Shown piece by piece: positions 20,130 through 30,891 of a stretch of DNA of 64,000 bases. The number at the start of each line of letters is the position of its first letter. Position 1 is the stretch's first letter. Source of the DNA: an uncultured Actinomycetes bacterium. Lineage in GTDB: Bacteria; Actinomycetota; Thermoleophilia; Gaiellales; JAICJC01. The DNA lies in NCBI GenBank assembly GCA_963757605.1, contig CAVWSF010000002.1, positions 214,317 to 278,316 of the forward strand, in the 5' to 3' direction. Made by a program: the position numbers and the translations under genes. Below the pieces are notes generated by a model. It saw nothing but the letters and a program-made list of their open reading frames with translations. It did no database searches and was not told the origin of the DNA.

Positions 20130-20167
20130 GGGCAGAGCGTACCGCCCCAGAATGCCCGGAAATTGGC

Positions 20168-20211
20168 GATCACCACTTGTTCACCGAGCCTACACCGGCG
20201 CGTCACCCCAT
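20168..20211 (+). promoter_or_regulatory. PHO-box-like array, four 11-bp direct repeats, upstream of pstS
   Basis: GATCACCACTT/GTTCACCGAGC/CTACACCGGCG/CGTCACCCATG; resembles the Streptomyces PhoP GTTCACC-N4 unit. Confidence 0.75.
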
Positions 20212-20270
20212 GCCCGCGAGGGCGCATGCACAATCGATCCATCGTGGAGACGACAACGGAGAGGTTACGC

Positions 20271-21341
20271 ATGAACGTCAGGAGAGCTGGTTCGATTGCG
20301 CTTGCGGTGGCTGCGGTCGCCGCGGCGTCGGCCTGCGGGTCCAGCGGCGGCACGACGACGGTGACGCAGCAGGCAGGCGGCGGCGACAGTGGAGATTCGA
20401 AAGTCCTCGTCGGCGCCGGCAGTACGTTCGTCGCGCCGCTCGTGCAGCAGTGGGAGGCTGACTACGCCAAGAGCCCGGCTGCCGTCACGATCACCTACGG
20501 TGCGATCGGCAGCGGCGGCGGCATCGACCAGATCACGGCGCGTACCGTGGACTTCGGGGCGAGCGACGCTCCCCTGTCCCCCGATCAGATCACGGCCTGT
20601 AAGGGCTGTGTGCAGATCCCGTGGTCGCTCGGAGCGGTCGTCGTCATCTACAACGTCAAGGGTGTGCCGAACCACCTCAAGTTGACGGGTCCCGTGGTTG
20701 CGGACATCTTCCTGGGCAACATCACGTCCTGGAACGATCCGGAGATCGCCAACCTGAATCCTGGCGTCAGTTTGCCCGACACGCACATCACTCCGGTCTA
20801 CCGGAGCGACGGCTCGGGGACGAGCTATGCCTTCACCGACTACCTGTCGAAGGTGAGCCCGGAGTGGAAGAGCAAGGTCGGCACGTCGACCCAGCCGCCG
20901 TTCCCGACCGGTACCGGCGCCGAGCACTCGAGCGGCGTGGTCGCGGCGGAGTCGGCCACCGACGGTGGCGTCACCTATGCCGACCTCGCCTACGCACTCC
21001 CGAACTCCCTGCCGTACGCACTGCTCCAGAACGCGGCCGGCGAGTACCCGCTGCCGGGCACGAAGTCGGTGATTGCCGCCGCAGAGGTGGGTACGCCGAA
21101 CCCGGACGGATCGGTCTCGCTCGTGAATCCGCCCGCCTCTGCTGCGGACGCCTATCCCGACGCGACCTTCACATACGTGATCGTGCCGCAGGACTCGTCC
21201 AAGGCATCGACGCTCAAGGCGTTCCTGCAGTACGCGATCGGGCCGAAGGGCCAGGCATTTGGCCCTGACCTCGGGTATCCCAAGCTGCCCGGGTCCATCG
21301 TGTCAAGCGACCAGGCGCTCATCGACAAGATCGGCTCCTGA
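20271..21341 (+). CDS. pstS: Phosphate ABC transporter substrate-binding lipoprotein
   Basis: Lipobox ASAC, GAGST, GSGGG, DFGASD, RSDGSGTS; GGAG RBS before ATG 20271. Confidence 0.95.
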   Translation: MNVRRAGSIALAVAAVAAASACGSSGGTTTVTQQAGGGDSGDSKVLVGAGSTFVAPLVQQWEADYAKSPAAVTITYGAIGSGGGIDQITARTVDFGASDAPLSPDQITACKGCVQIPWSLGAVVVIYNVKGVPNHLKLTGPVVADIFLGNITSWNDPEIANLNPGVSLPDTHITPVYRSDGSGTSYAFTDYLSKVSPEWKSKVGTSTQPPFPTGTGAEHSSGVVAAESATDGGVTYADLAYALPNSLPYALLQNAAGEYPLPGTKSVIAAAEVGTPNPDGSVSLVNPPASAADAYPDATFTYVIVPQDSSKASTLKAFLQYAIGPKGQAFGPDLGYPKLPGSIVSSDQALIDKIGS

Positions 21342-21353
21342 GAACCGGCTGGT

Positions 21354-21395
21354 GCGAAGCGCCGGCGCCATCCTCCCACGGCGCCGGCGTTTCGC
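21354..21395 (+). terminator. Stem-loop between pstS and pstC (attenuating or mRNA-stabilising)
   Basis: GCGAAGCGCCGGCGCC...GGCGCCGGCGTTTCGC, 16-bp stem with one G-U pair. Confidence 0.6.
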
Positions 21396-21407
21396 CCTCC
21401 GAGGCCT

Positions 21408-22370
21408 ATGACCACTGAAACCCCGACAGTCCACGCGCCGATGAGCGGCCGCCGCCGGTGGCGGTTCGGTGACCTCGCTCTGCAGAGCGTTGCCGGGCTC
21501 GCCGCTCTCGGGCTCGGCGCGCTCATGGTGCTTCTCGTCGTCGAGGTGGTCGGCCAGGCCCACGCCTCGCTCAGCGAGTTCGGGGCCGGCTTCCTGACGT
21601 CGAGCGTCTGGAACACGGTCAAGGACACCTACGGTGCCGCTGACCTGATCTTCGGGACGCTGGTCACCGCGTTCGTGGCACTGCTCATCGCGGTGCCCCT
21701 GGCCATCGCAATCGGGCTGTTCCTGAGCGAGCTCGCTCCACGGGTGCTGCGGACTCCCATCGGCATGATGGTCGAGCTGCTCGCGGCGATCCCGAGCGTC
21801 GTGCTCGGACTCTGGGGGATCCTCCTGCTGGGACCATTCCTGAACGAGCACGTCGAGCCGTGGATGATCGCGCACCTGGGGTTCGTCCCGTTCCTGGATG
21901 GGTACCCATCGCCGGTCGGCCTGCTGCCCGCGTGCCTCATCCTGACGCTCATGATCGTGCCGATCGTGGCGTCGATCAGCCGCGAGCTCTTCACGAGCGT
22001 TCCCGGTGAGCTCAAGCAGGGTGCCCTGGCGCTCGGCGCAACGCGATGGGAGATGGTGCGGGGAGTCGCGATCCCGCAGGTGAGCGGCGGCCTGGTCGCC
22101 GCCGTGATGCTCGGGTTCGGGCGCGCGGTTGGCGAGGCGATCGCCGTCGCCCAGGTGATCGGCGGCTCGCTTACGCGTCCGGAAAGTCTCTATGCCCCTG
22201 CGGACACCATGGCCAGCCGGCTCGCGGCGCAGTACGCCGGGACCGCGACATCGCTCCAGAAATCGTCGCTCGCGTATCTCGCGGTCATCCTGCTCGTGAT
22301 CAGCCTGATCACGAACTTCACAGCGCAGTTGATCGTCCGCCGGATCCAGACAAGGCTCGGGCACCGATGA
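21408..22370 (+). CDS. pstC: Phosphate ABC permease PstC
   Basis: ELLAAIPSVV.GLWG, ALALGATRWE, GRAVGE. Confidence 0.95.
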   Translation: MTTETPTVHAPMSGRRRWRFGDLALQSVAGLAALGLGALMVLLVVEVVGQAHASLSEFGAGFLTSSVWNTVKDTYGAADLIFGTLVTAFVALLIAVPLAIAIGLFLSELAPRVLRTPIGMMVELLAAIPSVVLGLWGILLLGPFLNEHVEPWMIAHLGFVPFLDGYPSPVGLLPACLILTLMIVPIVASISRELFTSVPGELKQGALALGATRWEMVRGVAIPQVSGGLVAAVMLGFGRAVGEAIAVAQVIGGSLTRPESLYAPADTMASRLAAQYAGTATSLQKSSLAYLAVILLVISLITNFTAQLIVRRIQTRLGHR

Positions 22371-23257
22371 GCGCCGCGGCGAACCCGCTCATCTCCGGGG
22401 GACGGCGCGCCCGGCGCCGCAAGCTCACCGGTCAGGTCATGGAGGTCTTGGCGACGGCGGCGGCGCTCCTTGCGGCCGCGACGCTCGCCATCGTCCTCAT
22501 CACGGTGGCAAAACGCGCCATGCCCGCCCTGAACCTCGACTTCTTCACCCAGAACGCTGCTCCCTTCGGGTCGTCGGGCGGCGGAATCAAGAACGCGATC
22601 GTCGGCACGCTCATCATCACGGGGATCGCCACGGCGATCGCCCTGCCTGCGGGCGTGCTCCTCGCGATCTTCAACACGGAGTTCGCCCCACCGCGGCTCG
22701 CCGATCTGATCAGCCTCACCCTGAACGTTCTCGCGGGTGTGCCGACCATCGTCATCGGCGTCTTCATCTTCGCGCTGGTCGTGGTCGGCCGCGGGCAGAG
22801 CGCATTCGCCGGCTCGCTGGGTCTCTCGATCGTGATGCTGCCGCTCGTCGCGCGCGCGTCGGAGGAGGTGCTTCGTCTGGTACCGGCGCACCTGCGTGAG
22901 GGTGGGATGGCCCTGGGAGCAACCCGGGCTCGGACGGTGCTGACGGTGATCCTGCCGACCGCCGTCGGCGGGATCGTCACGGCGACGATCGTGGCCGTCG
23001 CCCGGGCGGCGGGCGAAACTGCGCCGTTGCTCTTCACGACGTCGATCTTCGTCGGGACGACGGTGAACACCGATCCAAGCCAGGCGATGGCGTCGATCCC
23101 GATGGTGATCTTCTCCTACTCCGAACAGCCTGACCCACACGCGCAGCAGCAGGCGTGGGCGGCCGCGCTCGTGCTGGTCGCTGTCGTCCTGGTGGGAAGC
23201 ATCGCGGGGCGACTGCTCTCGCTCCGAACGCGCCGACAGATCGAGCAGGTCAGATGA
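22367..23257 (+). CDS. pstA: Phosphate ABC permease PstA
   Basis: GGIKNAIVGT, GVPTIVIG, ARAAGETAPLLFT; ATGA overlap with pstC. Confidence 0.95.
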   Translation: MSAAANPLISGGRRARRRKLTGQVMEVLATAAALLAAATLAIVLITVAKRAMPALNLDFFTQNAAPFGSSGGGIKNAIVGTLIITGIATAIALPAGVLLAIFNTEFAPPRLADLISLTLNVLAGVPTIVIGVFIFALVVVGRGQSAFAGSLGLSIVMLPLVARASEEVLRLVPAHLREGGMALGATRARTVLTVILPTAVGGIVTATIVAVARAAGETAPLLFTTSIFVGTTVNTDPSQAMASIPMVIFSYSEQPDPHAQQQAWAAALVLVAVVLVGSIAGRLLSLRTRRQIEQVR

Positions 23258-23264
23258 GGCATAG

Positions 23265-23297
23265 GTTCTCCAGATCTTCACCAGGGCGACACCGTGG
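23265..23297 (+). promoter_or_regulatory. PHO-box-like array upstream of pstB
   Basis: GTTCTCCAGAT/CTTCACCAGGG/CGACACCGTGG, 11-bp period. Confidence 0.6.
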
Positions 23298-23339
23298 CAT
23301 AACCCCGATCCCCGCCCTTCGCTGCGACCATCAACGAGT

Positions 23340-24257
23340 ATGTCGACCGTGAGCGAACCCGATCGCGCCGAGAAGGCAGACGCCACCCAGCAGGGGAACA
23401 CCGCCGATGCGGTGCAGCACCAGTCGCAGGCCAAGCTGGGCGAGCTCGCCGCGAAGCACACCCCCGTGCCTGAGGATCAGCGCGAGCCCGTGCTGCGTCT
23501 CGACGCCGTGACCGTGTCCTACTCCGGCGCGCCCGCCGTGTGCGATGTCACAATGGATGTGTTCAAGTACCAGGTCACCGCGTTCATCGGCCCGTCGGGC
23601 TGCGGCAAGACCACGTTGCTCCGAAGCCTCAATCGGATGAACGACCTGATCACCGGCGCGACGGTTGACGGGAAGATCACCTACCACGGCCACGATCTCT
23701 ACGGCTCGTCGGTCGATCCGGTCGAGGTGAGGCGGCGGATTGGGATGGTGTTCCAGCGCCCCAACCCCTTCCCGAAGTCGGTCTATGACAATGTGGCGTT
23801 CGGGCTGCGCCTGCACGGCATGAAGGATGGCCTCGACGAGCGGATCGAGTCCGCCCTGAACAAGGCAGCCCTCTGGGACGAGGTGAAGGACCGCCTGAAC
23901 AAGAGCGCGCTGGCCCTGTCGGGCGGACAGCAGCAGCGGCTCTGCATCGCCCGGGCGCTCGCGATCGAGCCCGAGATCGTGCTCATGGACGAGCCCGCGT
24001 CCGCGCTCGACCCGATCGCAACGCAGCGGATCGAGGATCTCGTCAACGATCTCAAGCGGGATTACACGATCGTCATCGTTACGCACAACATGCAGCAGGC
24101 CGCACGGGTGGCCGACATGACAGCGTTCTTCAGTGTCGACGTCAAGGATGGCGGGCACCGCAACGGCGTCCTCGTCGAGTACGCGCCCACCGCCGACCTC
24201 TTCATCCGGCCGGCCGACCCGCGCACGGAGGCGTACGTCACCGGCAGGTTCGGGTGA
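23340..24257 (+). CDS. pstB: Phosphate ABC ATPase PstB
   Basis: [51 protein letters not shown]. Confidence 0.96.
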   Translation: MSTVSEPDRAEKADATQQGNTADAVQHQSQAKLGELAAKHTPVPEDQREPVLRLDAVTVSYSGAPAVCDVTMDVFKYQVTAFIGPSGCGKTTLLRSLNRMNDLITGATVDGKITYHGHDLYGSSVDPVEVRRRIGMVFQRPNPFPKSVYDNVAFGLRLHGMKDGLDERIESALNKAALWDEVKDRLNKSALALSGGQQQRLCIARALAIEPEIVLMDEPASALDPIATQRIEDLVNDLKRDYTIVIVTHNMQQAARVADMTAFFSVDVKDGGHRNGVLVEYAPTADLFIRPADPRTEAYVTGRFG

Positions 24258-24288
24258 TCTCCACCAATTCACCTCGGGTGCACCGTCT
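24256..24288 (+). promoter_or_regulatory. PHO-box-like array upstream of the PhoU-like gene and response regulator
   Basis: GATCTCCACCA/ATTCACCTCGG/GTGCACCGTCT, 11-bp period. Confidence 0.6.
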
Positions 24289-24328
24289 CGATACCCCACC
24301 GGCGCCGATGCCGGTGCACCATGCAGGC

Positions 24329-24847
24329 ATGATCACGGAGACCACATTCCAGGAGCAGGTCGAGGCGCTGGAGGATGATGCGCTGCGCTTCGGCCGGGCC
24401 GTCGTTTCGGCCCTGCACGCCGCTTCCGCGGGCGACCGGCCCGAGTGTGCGGTGTTCGAGCACGCCCGCGTTCGCCACGCCTCTGCGGCGCTGCTCCGCA
24501 GCCCGCAGGCGACGCCGGGGGACATCGGCCGCATCCGTGCGGTCCAGGAGGCCGCGCTGCACATCCGCCACATCGAGCGGGCGGTGGCCGCCGACGGCTG
24601 GCGCGGCGATCCGTGCCGGCTCGCCGCGGGCCTGGCGCTCGCGCTCGACGTCTTCGTCCGCCGCGACCTCTCAGGCCTCAGGGTCCTCGGGCGGATGATC
24701 GACGTCATCCTCGAGGACCCCGCGCTCGGCGCGCGTGCCCGCTGCGCAGGGCTGCACGTCCTCGCCGTGGGCGAGGCGTGGCGGATGGCCATCCCGCCCG
24801 TGAGCCCGCCGGCGGCGCCGCACATCCCGGCGGGCGTCGCATCGTGA
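24329..24847 (+). CDS. Degenerate PhoU-like helical protein
   Basis: By-eye similarity to PhoU at 19455 (ETTFQEQVEAL vs RETFHQELTEL; ALDVFVRRDL vs AMASFTQRDL); GTGA overlap with the response regulator. Confidence 0.55.
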   Translation: MITETTFQEQVEALEDDALRFGRAVVSALHAASAGDRPECAVFEHARVRHASAALLRSPQATPGDIGRIRAVQEAALHIRHIERAVAADGWRGDPCRLAAGLALALDVFVRRDLSGLRVLGRMIDVILEDPALGARARCAGLHVLAVGEAWRMAIPPVSPPAAPHIPAGVAS

Positions 24848-25554
24848 ACGGCCGCCGCCCGCCCAGCGTGCTCGTCGTCGAGGACGACCGCGTGATCGCG
24901 GGCTCGATCGGCGCGCATCTGCGGCACGCGGGCATGTCGGTGGAGTGCGTCGAGGACGGCGACCGGGCGCTGCGCAAGATGCGCTTCGAGCGGCCCGACG
25001 TCGTCGTGCTCGACCTGATGCTCCCCGGGATGGACGGGTGGCAGGTGCTGCGCGAGCTGCGCGCCGGCGGGACGGAGTGCCCGGTGGTGGTCGTAAGCGC
25101 GCGGGCCTCCGAGCAGGACAAGGTGCAGGTGCTGAAGATGGGGGCGGACGACTACGTCGCCAAGCCGTTCGGCATGAGCGAGCTCGTGGCCCGGGTCGAG
25201 GCGGTGCTGCGCCGCAGCCGGATCACGCCCCAGGTGGGCCGCCCCGAGAAGCTCTCGATGCCCGGGCTCGAGATCGACCCCGACCTCCATCGCGTCCTCG
25301 TCGACGGATTCGACGCCGGCCTGACGCCGCTCGAGTTCCGCCTGCTCCAGGCGCTGACCGCCGAGACCGGCCGCGTCCTCACCCGCGACCAGCTCCGCCA
25401 GCGCGTGTGGGGCGTGCCGCAGCGCAAGCGCGATCGCTCGGTGGACGTGTGCGTCCGCAAGCTGCGGTCGAAGATCGACCTGCGCTCACGGACGCACGTC
25501 TACATCCACACGCACCCCGGCGTCGGCTACCGGTTCGACCCGGTCCCGCGCTAG
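24844..25554 (+). CDS. OmpR/PhoB family response regulator (orphan within the window)
   Basis: VVEDD, LDLMLPGMDG, VSAR, KPF receiver; LTPLEFRLL, RSVDVCVRKLRSKI, GVGY wHTH. Confidence 0.92.
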   Translation: MNGRRPPSVLVVEDDRVIAGSIGAHLRHAGMSVECVEDGDRALRKMRFERPDVVVLDLMLPGMDGWQVLRELRAGGTECPVVVVSARASEQDKVQVLKMGADDYVAKPFGMSELVARVEAVLRRSRITPQVGRPEKLSMPGLEIDPDLHRVLVDGFDAGLTPLEFRLLQALTAETGRVLTRDQLRQRVWGVPQRKRDRSVDVCVRKLRSKIDLRSRTHVYIHTHPGVGYRFDPVPR

Positions 25555-26018
25555 GGCTCGATCTGGAACACGAAGTCGAACTTCGTTCCGCCGGACCTCG
25601 ACTGAAGCAGCATCGCGCCGCGGGCGTTCCGGTAGGCCCCCGTGCCGCCGGTGATCGCCAGGACGCTGTTACGGGTGTCGAAGAACGGACCCTCCACGGT
25701 GACCTGGCCGCCGCGCAGGAACGTCGTCCACGTGCACTCCCACGAGGACCCAACCGCGATGCGGACGCACTGGCCCTGGTCGCGGCCGACCTGCGCCTTG
25801 TCCGCCTTGTTGAACACCGGGTTGTGGAACGTCAGGAGATCGCCGGTCGTGTCGCCCTTCTTGCCGGTGTCGATCACGGTGTCCGTGCGGGCGTGCTCGA
25901 TGACGTGAATCGTGGCCGGCTTCTGGATCTCGGCGGCCGTTCCGCCGAACGCAGCGGCCTGGATCACGGCGCCGGCGGCGATCCCGGCCGCCAGCACGAT
26001 GAGCAGTCTGAGTCGCAT
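25551..26018 (-). CDS. Secreted allene oxide cyclase/dirigent-like beta-barrel protein
   Basis: Signal peptide; GDLLTFHN, G.DQGQC, QVTVEGPF, LAITGGTGAY as in the AOC barrel. Confidence 0.72.
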   Translation of the reverse strand: MRLRLLIVLAAGIAAGAVIQAAAFGGTAAEIQKPATIHVIEHARTDTVIDTGKKGDTTGDLLTFHNPVFNKADKAQVGRDQGQCVRIAVGSSWECTWTTFLRGGQVTVEGPFFDTRNSVLAITGGTGAYRNARGAMLLQSRSGGTKFDFVFQIEP

Positions 26019-26082
26019 TGCTACCCCTCCCTTGGGTTGACACACCCGACGGTATCAAGGCCCTGCGGTACCATGAGCCCTC

Positions 26083-29000
26083 GTGAGCATCAAGCACCAG
26101 GCGCCGGCTGTCGCGGAGCCTGACGAGAGCGGCGCCGTGCTGGTCGACGAGCTCCTGGCCGAGCTCGACGCCGGCCGGACCGGCCCGCTTGCGGAGTTCG
26201 TGCGCGCCTACGTCCGCCGCGCGCCGCCGCCGCTTCGGACCGAGCACGCCGTCCCCGAGCTGGCGGCGCAGGTGCGAAGCGTGTTCGCGTTCGTGAACGA
26301 GCGCCCGCCGGGCGAGCTCGCGGTGCGCGCCTACAACCCCGATCCCGAGCGCGACGGGTGGTCGGCGTCCGGATCCGTGGTGGACGTGAACGTCGAGGAC
26401 GCGCCGTTCCTCGTCGACACGGTGACCGCCGAGCTGCACGACTTCGGCTGCCAGGTCCGGGTCGTGCTGCACCCCGTGATGGGCGTGGAACGGGCCGTCG
26501 ACGGCGCGATCGAGGCGATCACGCCCGGCCGGGGAGCGCCGCGGCGCGAGTCGGTGATGCACTTCCAGATGGACCGCCGGCTCGGCGACGCCGAGCTGGA
26601 GGCGCTCGAGACCGCGCTCCGCGCGAGCCTCTTCGGCCTACGCCTGGCCGTGCGCGACTTCCTGCCCATGGTCGAGCGCGTCGAGCGGATGATCGAGGCA
26701 GCCGAGACCTCGGGTGCCAGATACGCCCCCGATGAGATCCACGAGTCGATCGAGTTCCTGAGCTGGCTCACCGACGACAACTTCATCTACCTGGGCTACC
26801 GCGAGTACGGGATGACCGAGGTGGACGGGAAGCCGGCCGCCGGGATCGTCCCGGGTTCGGGCCTCGGCGTCCTCTCCGACGAAGCCCGGTCGCGCTTCGC
26901 CGCGCCGGTGGCCGTGTCCGACCTCGACGAGTCGCTGCGCACGCGGATCTTCGGCGGGCCGCTCGTCGATCGTCTCGAAGACGAATGCCGAAACCACCAT
27001 CCACCGCAAGGCGCGGATGGACTACATCGGCGTGAAGCGGGTCGACGCTTCGGGCGAGGTGGTCGGCGAGCTGCGCCTGATCGGGCTCTTCACGTCGAAG
27101 GCCTATGCCGAGTCGGCCCGCCAGATCCCGCTCGTCCGGCGCAAGCTCGAGTCGATCATGCAGTGGGAGGACCTGATCGCCGGCTCCCACGACTACAAGG
27201 CGGTCGTCGCCCTCTTCGACAGCTTCCCGAAGGACGAGCTCTTCGCGGCGTCGGCCTCGGAGCTCCGAACCACGATCATGGCGCTCCTCGGCATGCAGGA
27301 GGAGGGCGGCGTGCGCCTCTTCCTGCGCCGCGACCCGGTGCGGCGGACGGTGGCGGCCGTCGTCGCCCTCCCGCGTGACCACGTGTCGACAGAGCTGCGC
27401 ATCCGGCTCGAGCACCTGTTCGAGCTGCGCTTCAGCGGCCGCGCGGTGGACTACACGCTCTCGTTCGCGACCGACCCGGCCCGGTTTCACTTCACCATCC
27501 ACGTGCCGGCCGGCGACATCCCCGACCCGCCGCTCCCGGAGCTGCAGCGCGAGGTGGCCGACGCGGCCCGAAGCTGGGACGACTCGCTCTCGGACGCCCT
27601 GGTCGCGAAGCTGGGGGCCGGCCGCGGCCACGAGCTGGCCCGCCGCTACGCGGCCCGCTTCCCCGACTACTACAAGTCCGGCACCGCGATCTACCACGCC
27701 ACGTTCGACGTCGAGCAGTTCGAGCGGCTCGGCCCCGACCGGCCGTACGTCGTCGCCCTCCAGAACGAGACCGGAACGCCCGAGCCGCTGACCCGGCTCA
27801 AGCTCTACAAGACCGGAGGCAAGGCGCCGCTGACCGATCTCCTGCCGCTGCTCGAGCAGCTGGGGCTCACCGTGGTCGAGGAGGTGCCGACCAGGCTCGT
27901 GGGGACCGGGGAGGACGGGCGCTACCTGCACGACTTCGGCGTGCTGGGCCCGGCCGGCAAGCCGCTCGATCTCGACCGGATGGCCGAGATCGTCGCCGAG
28001 ACGGTCGGCGCGGTCTGGGAGGGCCTGGCCGGCTCGGACTGGCTGAACCGGCTCGTGGTCGCCGGCGAGCTCGACTGGCGCCGGGTCACGATCCTGCGCG
28101 CCTACCGGGAGTACCGCCAGCTCCTCGGCGCGACGTTCACCTCCCGCTACCAGAACGACTGCCTCGTCAGGAACTCCGCCATCTCGCGCAAGCTCGTGCG
28201 GCTCTTCGAGCTGCGCTTCGACCCGGCCGAGGCGCGCGACATCGCCGCCGAGGACAACCTGGTCGAGGAGATCGAGGCCGACCTGGATGCCGTCCAGAGC
28301 CTGGACGACGACCGCATCCTGCGCGGCTATCTGGGGATGATCCTGGCGACGGTCCGCACGAGCGCGTACCTGCCCGACCGCGAGTACCTCTCCTTCAAGC
28401 TGCGCTGCCAGGAGGTGCCCGGAATGCCCAAGCCGGTGCCGCTGTGGGAGATCTTCGTGTTCTCGACCGCCATGGCCGGCGTGCACCTGCGCGGCGGGAT
28501 GGTGGCCCGCGGCGGCATCCGCTGGTCGGATCGGCTCGAGGACTACCGCACCGAGATCCTGGGGCTGATGAAGGCCCAGATGGTGAAGAACGCGGTGATC
28601 GTCCCGGTCGGCGCCAAGGGCGGCTTCGTGCTGAAGCGGCCGCCGCTCGACCGTGCCGGCCTGATGCAGGAGGAGAAGCGCCAGTACGTGACGCTCATGC
28701 GCGGCATGCTCGACATCACCGACAACATCGTGGGCGGCGACATCGTCCACCCCGAGGGCGTGCGGGTGCTGGACGGCGACGACGCCTACCTGGTCGTCGC
28801 CGCCGACAAGGGCACCGCCCATCTCTCCGACACCGCCAACGCGGTCTCGGAGGAGTACGGCTTCTGGCTGGGCGACGCGTTCGCCTCCGGCGGCTCGGCC
28901 GGCTACGACCACAAGGCGCTCGGCATCACCGCCAAGGGCGCGTGGGAGAGCGTGAAGCGGCACTTCCGCGAGCTGGGGCGCGACGTCCAGACCGAGCCGG

Positions 29001-30891
29001 TGACGGCGGTCGGCATCGGCGACATGTCGGGCGACGTCTTCGGGAACGGCATGCTGCTCTCGCAGCATCTCGGCCTCGTCGCCGCGTTCGACCACCGCCA
29101 CGTCTTCCTCGACCCGACGCCCGACGCGGCGCGCCGCCTACGCCGAGCGGCGGCGCCTCTTCGAGCTCCAGGGCTCGTCGTGGGACGACTACGACCGCGC
29201 GCTCATCTCCGAGGGCGGCGGCGTGTGGCCGCGGGCGGCGAAGGCGATCCCGGTCTCGCCGCAGGCCCAGGCCGTGCTCGGGATCGACAGCGCCAAGCTC
29301 GCCCCGACGGATCTCATCCGCGCGATCCTCCAGGCCCCCGTCGACCTGGTCTGGAACGGCGGCATCGGCACCTACGTCAAGGCGTCGTCCGAGACGCACG
29401 CCGACGTCGACGACCGCGCCAACGACGCCGTCCGCGTGGACGGCCGCGACCTGCGCTGCACCGTCGTCGGCGAGGGCGGGAACCTGGGGCTCACCCAGCG
29501 CGGCCGCATCGAGTACGCGCATGCGGGCGGCCGGATCAACACCGACGCGATCGACAACTCGGCCGGCGTCGACTGCTCCGACCACGAGGTCAACCTGAAG
29601 ATCCTGCTCGCGATCGCGTGCGAGCGGGGCGACCTGGCGCGTGAGCGGCGCGACCAGGTCCTCGAGGACGTCGTCGACGACGTGGTGCGGCTCGTGCTCT
29701 ACGACAACTACCTCCAGGTGCAGATCCTGAGCCAGGAGGAGGTGATCTCGCCGCGGCGCATGGAGGCCTACGAGGATCTGATGGTCGAGCTCGAGTCGGA
29801 CGGCCTGCTCGAGCGCCAGCTGGAGGCGCTGCCCTCGGGCGAGCTGATGGCCGAGCGGATCGCCGCCGGCCACGGCATGACCCGGCCGGAGCTGTGTGTG
29901 CTCCTGGCGTACGCCAAGCGCCTGCTCCGCGAGCAGGTGGTCGCGTCGACCCTCCCCGACGACCCGTACCTCGGCGCCGCGCTCGCGCGAGTACTTCCCG
30001 CCGCTCGTCGTGGAGCGCTTCGGGCACCTGCTGCCGTACCACCCGCTGCGACGCGAGATCATCGCCACGCTCGTCACCAACGACGTCATCAACTCGATGG
30101 GCATCACGTTCGTCCCGCGGATGTCGGCCGAGACCGGCGCGACGCCCGAGGAGGTCGCCCGGGCGTTCCTCGTCGCCCGCGACGTGAGCCGGGCCCGCGA
30201 CCCGTGGGACGCCGTCGAGCGGCTCGACGCGGTCGTCCCCGGGGACATCCAGGCGGGGCTCATGGACAACGTCGACTCGCTGGTCGAGCAGCTCGCCCGG
30301 TGGTACCTCCAGAACGTGCACGACATCGACCTGACCGCGGAGGTCGAGCGCGGCCAGCCGGCGTTCGCCGAGCTCGTCCAGACGCTCACGGACTCCGCTA
30401 CCGACGCCTGGCGGGTTGCGACCGACGGGCGGCTCGAGGAGCTGCTCGAGCAGGACGTGCCCGACGAGCCGGCGCGGTTCGGCGCGGTCGCGCCGGCCCT
30501 CGTCTACGCGCCCGACATCATGGCCGTCGCCCAGGCCACCGGGCGGTCGATCCCGGCCGTTACCCGGGCCTTCTTCACGATCGGCGAGCGGCTCTACCTC
30601 GACCTGATCGAGGCGCGCGCCGCATCCCTGCCGGCGGCCGACCGCTGGCAGCGGATGGCCTGGGACACGCTGCTCGACGACCTGCGCCTGCTGCGCCGGC
30701 AGATCGTCGAGCGCGTGATCGCGGAGTCGAAGAACGGCTCGATCGACGATGCGGTCGACGCGTACCTGAGCACCCGCTCCGACCCCTACGACCGCCTGTC
30801 ACGCATGATGGAGAACGTGACGACCGCTCCTCCGGATGACAGCTCGATGGTGATGGTCGCCGTCCACCAGATTCGGCAAGTCGCCAGCTAG
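26083..30891 (+). CDS. gdh: Large NAD-specific glutamate dehydrogenase, split by three frameshifts (~26970, ~29130, ~29985)
   Basis: GVHLRGGMVARGGIRWSDR, LMKAQMVKNAVIVP, YLVVAADKGTA, GDMSGDVFGNG, NTDAIDNSAGVDCSDHEVN spread over four overlapping ORFs. Confidence 0.92.
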
